A stretch of DNA of 29,161 nucleotides, taken from NCBI GenBank assembly GCA_964540815.1, contig CAZIOH010000079.1, positions 1 through 29,161 on the forward strand. Direction: 5' to 3'. The translations under genes and the position numbers were made by a program. The DNA is from an uncultured Myxococcales bacterium. GTDB lineage: Bacteria > Myxococcota_A > Polyangia > Fen-1088. Positions 23,441 to 29,161 of this stretch are shown piece after piece; the first letter of the stretch is position 1; each line of letters starts with the position of its first letter. Below the pieces are notes generated by a model that saw only the letters and a program-made list of their open reading frames with translations, was not told the origin of the DNA and did not search any database.

Positions 23441-24298
23441 ATGCCGAATGAGCAGGCAGCAGAGCCGGAGAACACGGCGGTTCGGGTTGCGTTGTGGCGG
23501 GCGTTGCACGTGGAGGCCGACGCTCCGCCCCACGTGCTGGTCGACGAGATCGGGTTGAAGCTGGCGGCTCCGGACGAGGGCTGGCGCAACCGGCCGGACA
23601 TGAGCCCGTTCACGCGGATGTTCCGCGCTGCGATCGTGGCTCGCGCCCGCTTCATCGAAGATCTCGTCGCGGAGCAAGCGGCCGGCGGGGTCGGGCAGTA
23701 CGTCATCCTCGGAGCGGGCCTCGACACCTTCGCGCAGCGTCGCCCCGAGCTCGCCTCCCGCGTGCGCGTGTTCGAGATCGATCAGCCGGGCCCGCAGGCG
23801 TGGAAGCGTCAGCGCCTCATCGACCTCGGCCTCGGCGTTCCGTCGCACCTGCGGCTGGTACCGGTCGACTTCGAGTCGGGTGACGCGTGGTGGGAGCGGC
23901 TGGCCGCGTCGGGCTTCGATCCCCGGCGCCCCGCGGTCGTCGCGTCCACGGGGGTCAGCATGTACCTCACCAGGGAGGCGATCGTGACGACGCTGCGCCA
24001 GGTCGCGGCGCTCGCTCCGGGCTCGACGCTCGCCATGTCGTTCCTGCTGCCGATCGAGATGGCCGATCCCGAGGTGCGCCCCGGGATGGAGCGGGCCGCA
24101 CAAGGTGCGCGAGCCAGCGGGACGCCCTTCATCAGCTTCTTCACGCCGGGCGAGATGCTGGCCCTCGCCCGCGATGCCGGCTTCAAGCAGGTGCAGCACG
24201 TCTCGGCCGCCGCGCTCGGCGAACGCTACTTCGCGGGCAGGACCGACGGGCTTCGCCCGCCAAACAACTCGGAAGAGCTGCTCCTGGCCAGGACCTGA
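23441..24298 (+). CDS. Class I SAM-dependent methyltransferase of the TIGR00027 / leucine-carboxyl-methyltransferase-like (TcmP-type O-methyltransferase) family.
   Basis: VALWRALHVEADAPPHVLVDEIGLKL...AIVARARFIEDLVAEQAAGGVGQYVILGAGLDTFAQRRPE...RVFEIDQPGPQAWKRQRLIDLG is the hallmark of this family. RBS aaagggga, then ATG 23441. Confidence 0.75.
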   Translation: MPNEQAAEPENTAVRVALWRALHVEADAPPHVLVDEIGLKLAAPDEGWRNRPDMSPFTRMFRAAIVARARFIEDLVAEQAAGGVGQYVILGAGLDTFAQRRPELASRVRVFEIDQPGPQAWKRQRLIDLGLGVPSHLRLVPVDFESGDAWWERLAASGFDPRRPAVVASTGVSMYLTREAIVTTLRQVAALAPGSTLAMSFLLPIEMADPEVRPGMERAAQGARASGTPFISFFTPGEMLALARDAGFKQVQHVSAAALGERYFAGRTDGLRPPNNSEELLLART

Positions 24299-24312
24299 GG
24301 AGGCAGAACGTC

Positions 24313-25539
24313 ATGCGCGCATTGTTGGCGGCGGTCGGGACCCGGGGCGACGTTCAGCCCGCCCTCGCCCTGGCGCTCGAGCTGCGCAGACTGGGGCACG
24401 CGGTGCGGCTGTGCGTCTCGCCCAACTTCGTCGACTGGGCGAAGCGCCTCGGCCTCGAGGCCGTACCGATGGGCGTCGAGATGCGCATGCCCCCGAAAGG
24501 ATCCGGCGGTCCGGCCAAGCTCACTCCCGAGGAGCTGCGTCGGCTGCGCGAAGCGTTGCCCGACCTCATCGCGGACCAGTTCGAGACCATCGGCGACGCC
24601 GCCCAGGGCTGCGACGTGATCGTCGGTGCCAACGCGCACCAGTACGGGGCCAGGTCGATCGCCGAGCGCGCGGGCATTGGCTGCGTGACGGCCGTCCACA
24701 CCCCGGTCGCCTTCCCGTCGCCCGACCTCGCGCCGCCGCCGACACCGGGCCAGACCCCAGCCGCAACCGCGCGCGCCAGCATCGAGGAGCAGTGGCGCGA
24801 CACCGCCAAGGCGTGGAATGAGCGCGCGCTCGGGCGCGTCAACCACAACCGCCAGCGGCTTGGCCTGGCGCCGATCCATGACGTCCTCGACCACGTGCTG
24901 ACCGACCGCACCTGGCTCGCGGCGGATGCCACGCTGGCACCAGCACCGGCCACCCCTGGGCCGCGAATAGTCTTCCAGACGGGCACCTGGGTGCTCACCG
25001 ACGAGAGGCCCCTCCCCGCGGCGCTGAGCGCCTTCCTCGACGGTGGAGAACCGCCCATCCTGTTCGGCTTTGGCAGCATGCCGGCGGCGGGCGAGGTGAG
25101 CCGTCGCCTCATCGGCGCGGCCCGCGCCTTGGGCCGCAGGGTCATCGTCTCGAGAGGCTGGGCCGAGCTCGATCGGATCGACGACGCCCCCGACTGCATC
25201 GCGGTGGACGACGTGAGCCACGACCTGCTCTTCCCGCGGCTGGCAGCCGTGATCCACCACGGCGGTGCTGGGACCACGGCCGCGGCGGCGCGCGCTGGAG
25301 TCCCCCAGGTCATCACGCCGATGTTCGGTGACCAGTTCTACTGGGCCAGCCGCATCCTGGCCCTCGGGCTCGGGGCCTCCAACCCCCACGCCAGCATGAC
25401 CGAGGAGTCACTGACGACGTCCCTCCGAGATGCCCTCCAGCCCGCCGTGCTGGAGAGGGCGCGCGCCCTGTCCGGAAAGGTCAGCCGGAACGGCGCCGAG
25501 ATCGCAGCCAAGCAGCTCGAACGCGAATACGCGACGTGA
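24313..25539 (+). CDS. GT1-family glycosyltransferase (UDP-glycosyltransferase, GtfB/MGT-like).
   Basis: N-terminus MRALLAAVGTRGDVQPALALALELRRLGHAV matches the GtfB-like MRVLL..GSRGD..P...LA..L...G. C-terminal UDPGT signature HHGGAGTTAAAARAGVPQVITPMFGDQFYWA. RBS gaggagg, 15-nt gap after the methyltransferase stop. Confidence 0.8.
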   Translation: MRALLAAVGTRGDVQPALALALELRRLGHAVRLCVSPNFVDWAKRLGLEAVPMGVEMRMPPKGSGGPAKLTPEELRRLREALPDLIADQFETIGDAAQGCDVIVGANAHQYGARSIAERAGIGCVTAVHTPVAFPSPDLAPPPTPGQTPAATARASIEEQWRDTAKAWNERALGRVNHNRQRLGLAPIHDVLDHVLTDRTWLAADATLAPAPATPGPRIVFQTGTWVLTDERPLPAALSAFLDGGEPPILFGFGSMPAAGEVSRRLIGAARALGRRVIVSRGWAELDRIDDAPDCIAVDDVSHDLLFPRLAAVIHHGGAGTTAAAARAGVPQVITPMFGDQFYWASRILALGLGASNPHASMTEESLTTSLRDALQPAVLERARALSGKVSRNGAEIAAKQLEREYAT

Positions 25540-25697
25540 GGGTTCGCTCGCTTGGCCCGAGTCCCGGTAGGAAGGCTGCGCACCGAGCACGAGGCGGGCG
25601 ACACGTGAGGCTCAGTGGATGGTGTTCCACCAAACAAACACCGCCTCATCTGTGCTGATGGGTCACCGGCGGTGTTGCACCCGCGGTCTTGCGCTGA

Positions 25698-27038
25698 TCA
25701 CCGCCGCGTGGGCGGTGCGGGGAGGGGGCCGTTGGTGGCGAGGCCCGTCGCGTTCCCGGCGGGCCGGCGGCTCCCGGGGTCACCGTTGGTGTCGCCGAGG
25801 CCCCTGCCGGTGACGATCTGGGCTGCCATCAGGGTCTGCACGACCCGGAGGACGTCGTCCGACCCGGTGGTGACCGCGCCATGGTCACCACCACCGCCAC
25901 CCCCACCACCCCCGCCGCCGAAGTTGACGAACTGGCTGTTGGCGAGCGCCTTGGCCACCTGCGCGGTGAGCTCGGGCGCCATCTCCAGGCGACGGAGATC
26001 GAGGTAGAAGCCCCCTGCCTCCATCAGCGCCTGCGCCTTGATGCGGATGGCCTCCGCCTCGGCCTGGGCGACCGCCCGGATCCGAGCGGCCTGCGCTCGC
26101 CCCTCCGCCTCCTGATTGATGACGTTCTGCTCGGCGTCAGCGCGGGCCTGGGTGATCTGGCTGGCGTTCAGCTCCGCCTCGCGCTGCTGGCGCACGGCGG
26201 CCTGCTTCTCCGCCTCCGCCTTGGCGATCGAAGCGCCGTTGGAGGCGATCTGCATGTTGAGCGCTCGCTCCTGATCGTTGATCTTCTGAGCGGCCTCGAG
26301 CTGCGCGATCCGCGCCCGCTGCTCTTCCTGTGCCTGGACCACGTCGGCGTCGGCCTTGGCCCGAGCGCCAGACTCCCGCCGTCGCGCCTCGGCGACCTCG
26401 CTCAAGACGGCCTTGATGTTCAGGCTGTTGAAGGACAGGCCGATGTCCATCAGCTCCCGCGAGCAAGCGTCCTTGATGATCACCGCCAGCTCGTCGTCCT
26501 CGCCGCGCTGAAGCGCCAGGGCAGTCGACGCGGCGGGCGCCAGCGCGAGATCGGTGGACGGCGCCGTCCCGACCGACCGGACGCTGAAGAGCTGATCGTG
26601 CTTGAGCAGGTTGATGGCGCGCCGACCGGCCGACGACAGCACATCGGTGAGCGTCGAGAGCTGCTCGTCACCGGACTTGGAGAAGAACTTGTTGGCGGCG
26701 GTGTTGACCATGGCCTCGTCCTCACCCACGCTGACGATGGCGGAGGCCCGGACGGTGACCTTCACCGGGGCCGAGCGCCCGTTGGCGTCGACGTCGGCCG
26801 TCTGGTCGGTGATCTCGATGTCCACGTTGATGGCCTGCGCGGGGATCAGGCGGGTCTGGGTGATGATCGGGACGATCAGGGCCTTGCACGGCCCTCGGTA
26901 GATCTGCAGGTGTCGGCCGCGACTGGCGAGCAAGATCTCGCCCGCGTCCACGCTGCGCAGGAAGGTGGTGATGATGATCGACGTCAGGACGAACACCGCC
27001 GCCACGACGCCGCCGACCAGAATCAATGATGGTTCCAC
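25698..27038 (-). CDS. Flotillin / SPFH (band-7) family protein (YqiK-like) with coiled-coil and poly-Gly tract.
   Basis: N-terminal TM, then SPFH domain (GEILLASRGRHLQIYRGPCKALIVPIITQTRLIPAQAINVDIEI...), a long EA-rich coiled coil, and G11 (NFGGGGGGGGGGGDHG). GTG start with RBS aaggagag. Confidence 0.85.
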   Translation of the reverse strand: MEPSLILVGGVVAAVFVLTSIIITTFLRSVDAGEILLASRGRHLQIYRGPCKALIVPIITQTRLIPAQAINVDIEITDQTADVDANGRSAPVKVTVRASAIVSVGEDEAMVNTAANKFFSKSGDEQLSTLTDVLSSAGRRAINLLKHDQLFSVRSVGTAPSTDLALAPAASTALALQRGEDDELAVIIKDACSRELMDIGLSFNSLNIKAVLSEVAEARRRESGARAKADADVVQAQEEQRARIAQLEAAQKINDQERALNMQIASNGASIAKAEAEKQAAVRQQREAELNASQITQARADAEQNVINQEAEGRAQAARIRAVAQAEAEAIRIKAQALMEAGGFYLDLRRLEMAPELTAQVAKALANSQFVNFGGGGGGGGGGGDHGAVTTGSDDVLRVVQTLMAAQIVTGRGLGDTNGDPGSRRPAGNATGLATNGPLPAPPTRR

Positions 27039-27062
27039 GATGATCTCTCCTTGGCCGTTCCT

Positions 27063-27734
27063 TCAGGTTGGATGGCTCGCCCCCTCGTCCTCCGGAAGCA
27101 GCGAGACGGTCACGCGTTCGCGGCGGGCGTCCACATCCTCGATCCGGAGGCGCTGCCCGAAGACGACCGGCGAGGCCGCGTCTCGATCACAGAGCCGCGC
27201 GCCGAGCTGGATGCGCCGCCCGTCGCGAATCGTCGCCACCACGCCCCTTCCATTGCGAAATGGCACCACGGCCTCGGCCTCGCAGAGGATGAGCTCCTCG
27301 AGAGGAGCGGTCGCCTCGGCCCGAAAACGGAACAGCAGGTTCCAGACCGGTCGGATGAGGATGCCCTCCACCAGGAGCGCGGGAGCGAGGGCAAGCAGCG
27401 CCGCGCTGCCGCTCGTCAGATGGGCCGCGTGAACCAGTGCGTTCCCGAAGGCGCCGTACAGGGCCAGCACGCTGAACACGGCACGGGGAGATGGAATGAA
27501 CCGTCGCCTCGTGGGGGTGCCAAGAGCGGGCAGAGCCGCGCCATGAGCCCGGACGACCGCCCCGCCAGGGCCGTGCCCACCGACGGGATGCCCTCCCGCG
27601 GGGTGCCCGAAGCCGGGTCCCGGTCCGTTTGCAGGTCCATGCATGCCGGTGTGCGACAGATGGTGGCCGCCGAGCGCCGGCAACGCCATCATCACGAGGC
27701 CCACGAGGCCAATCACCATCACGGTCAGGAACAC
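27063..27734 (-). CDS. NfeD-like (YqiJ-type) membrane protein with C-terminal OB-fold, partner of the downstream flotillin.
   Basis: N-terminal TM helices (MFLTVMVIGLVGLVMMALPALG). His/Gly-rich loop (HHLSHTGMHGPANGPGPGFGHPAGGHPVGGHGPGG). C-terminal NfeD OB domain (PFRNGRGVVATIRDGRRIQLGARL...VVFGQRLRIEDVDARRERVTVSL). GTG start 27734 with RBS ggaagggag (ATG alternative at 27719). The track ORF to 28103 is over-extended. Confidence 0.7.
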   Translation of the reverse strand: MFLTVMVIGLVGLVMMALPALGGHHLSHTGMHGPANGPGPGFGHPAGGHPVGGHGPGGAVVRAHGAALPALGTPTRRRFIPSPRAVFSVLALYGAFGNALVHAAHLTSGSAALLALAPALLVEGILIRPVWNLLFRFRAEATAPLEELILCEAEAVVPFRNGRGVVATIRDGRRIQLGARLCDRDAASPVVFGQRLRIEDVDARRERVTVSLLPEDEGASHPT

Positions 27735-28049
27735 GTGTCGACACTCCCTTCCGCGGCTCCGATCTCCCCGCCCACCCTTCGGGTGAGTATGCGCCGCGGC
27801 GGAGGATTGTCGAGGCGCGCGAATGACAGTGCCGCACCGGGGGCGGGTGCCCTCGGCTGGCGACTCGAACGGGCAGGGCGCGAGACCGGGAACTGGCCAG
27901 CTCTGGCCGGCGACATTTGCTGGGACAGCCCGCCCGGGATACCATCGGCCACCACGTGGGCGTTCACCCTTCGCAAGGTCTCGATGGCGGCCGGGGCGCC
28001 CGGCTCCTCGGTCGAACGCCGCGGCCACGGTGGGTCCCGGCCACCTCGG

Positions 28050-28966
28050 TGGTGTGCCTCCTCGCCCTGGTGATGGCGAGCACCTCCGCCCGCGCCGCGG
28101 CACCGACTGGCTCGGACGAGGCGCTGGCGGCCGAGGCGCGCAAGCACTACGAGGAAGGCACCAAGGCGTTCAATCTGGCGGAGTTCCCGAGGGCCATCGC
28201 CGAGTTCAAGGCGGCCTACAACGCCAAGCCCGACCCCCTGTTGCTCTTCAACATCGCGCAGGCCTTTCGCCTCGGCGGTGACGACGCGCAGGCGCTCCTG
28301 TTCTACAAGTCGTTCCTGCGCAACATGCCCGACGCCCCCAACCGAAAGGAGGTCGAGGCGCGCATCCGCACGCTCGACAAGGCGGTCGCCGAGCAGCAGC
28401 GACAGGCCGCCGAGCAGCAGCGGAAAGAAGCAGCCGCGGTGACCACGCCTCCGGCGGTCGGGACGACCGCGATCCCGCCCCCGCCGGGCGCCGCCGTCTC
28501 GCCCTCCGCGGGCGGTGGTTCGGCTCCCGCGACCGCATCCACCCCGCATCCGCCCCTTCAGGCGCCCTTGCCCTTGCCCCGGGCGGCGGTGACGCCGCCC
28601 GACGGGCGCCCGGGGAACGGGACGGGGACCGGCGCCGCGACGGGGACAGCGACCGGAACGGCGATTGACCGCATCCCATCGGCCCCGTCGGCCGCCGGAG
28701 GGCCCACCCCACCGGCCCTCGTGCCGCCCCCCCTCGTGACGACCTCCGGGCTCGCCATCACCGGATCCGGATCGGCTCCGACGATCGGCGCGCCCGGCCC
28801 CGCGATTACGGACGGCCGCGACACCACGGGCAGCACACCGTTCTACAAGCGGGCGTGGTTCTGGGTCGCCGTGGGGGCGGTGGTCGTGGTGACCATCGCC
28901 GTGGCGGGGAACGCGGACAAGCAGCCCACCACCGCCCTCGGCCTTTACGCGCCCACGTTCAAGTGA
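28050..28966 (+). CDS. TPR-repeat protein with N-terminal signal/anchor, Pro/Thr/Gly-rich linker and C-terminal TM helix.
   Basis: TPR helices (EARKHYEEGTKAFNLAEFPRAIAEFKAAYNAKPDPLLLFNIAQAFRLGGDDAQALLFYKSFLRNMP), a low-complexity linker, and a C-terminal WFWVAVGAVVVVTIAVAG. The start is probably one of the GTGs near 28050 (VVCLLALVMASTSARAAA). The track start at 27917 would put a 40-aa extension before the signal-like segment. Confidence 0.5.
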
Positions 28967-29049
28967 TGGATCGGCACACGATGTCCCCCATGTTCGCCCG
29001 ATGGTCGCCCGCATCTTTCGCCAGTGGGCCTCGCGACGGGCGTCGGGCA

Positions 29050-29161
29050 TGACCATCGTCCGCCCACGCTGGAGCCGCCCCGGTTCCCTGGGACTCGGTC
29101 CGTGGTTCCGTCCGTGGTTCCTTGTGTGGTTCCTGGCGGCGGTGGCGGTGCTGACGACCAT
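29050..29161 (+). CDS. Possible 5' end of a membrane/secreted protein gene running off the window edge.
   Basis: atg acc atc gtc cgc cca... gives MTIVRPRWSRPGSLGLGPWFRPWFLVWFLAAVAVLTT (hydrophobic). The underlying DNA has local repeats (ccgtggttc x2, gtggttcc x3). Too short to judge. Confidence 0.2.

Noticed and set aside
1-29161. CRISPR arrays, rRNA, intact IS elements.
   Set aside because: No regularly spaced 25-40-nt direct repeats with unique spacers. The only tandem repeats are short (2-3 copies of 8-22 nt). No rRNA-like conserved blocks. No transposase-like ORF apart from the integrase fragment.

Overview
This is a 29.2-kb, very GC-rich (~70%) chromosomal segment with compact gene packing. 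It carries more than 25 protein-coding genes, most on the minus strand, and no rRNA, tRNA or CRISPR. The gene content (Oar-like TonB-dependent receptor, Cys-rich lipoproteins, Arg/Gly/Pro-rich tails) suggests Myxococcota, but that is an inference. The long antisense ORFs in the six-frame track are the usual high-GC shadow ORFs.

Content from left to right:
- A truncated tyrosine-integrase 3' fragment, then ~600 bp of anomalously low-GC non-coding-like DNA, a candidate mobile-element remnant.
- An adaptive-response operon: adaA-alkA fusion plus ogt.
- A convergent ECF sigma / zinc anti-sigma pair with an ECF-type promoter.
- A beta-barrel OMP-like gene, an FKBP PPIase and RadC.
- A RecQ helicase with an unusual RGG-rich C-terminal tail.
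- A hairpin- and repeat-rich intergenic region.
- A long minus-strand cluster: folK(HPPK)-PilZ fusion, TPR protein, tonB, exbB, exbD1, exbD2, lipoprotein, Oar-like TonB-dependent receptor.
- A ZIP zinc transporter.
- A di-heme cytochrome c peroxidase/MauG-family beta-propeller lipoprotein, translationally coupled to a Cys-rich lipoprotein.
- A methyltransferase-glycosyltransferase pair with an operator-like upstream region.
- An NfeD-flotillin operon and a TPR membrane protein.

The most unusual candidates are the HPPK-PilZ fusion heading the TonB system, the CCP/MauG-like enzyme coupled to a Cys-rich lipoprotein, the RecQ with an RGG tail, and the low-GC remnant next to the integrase fragment.
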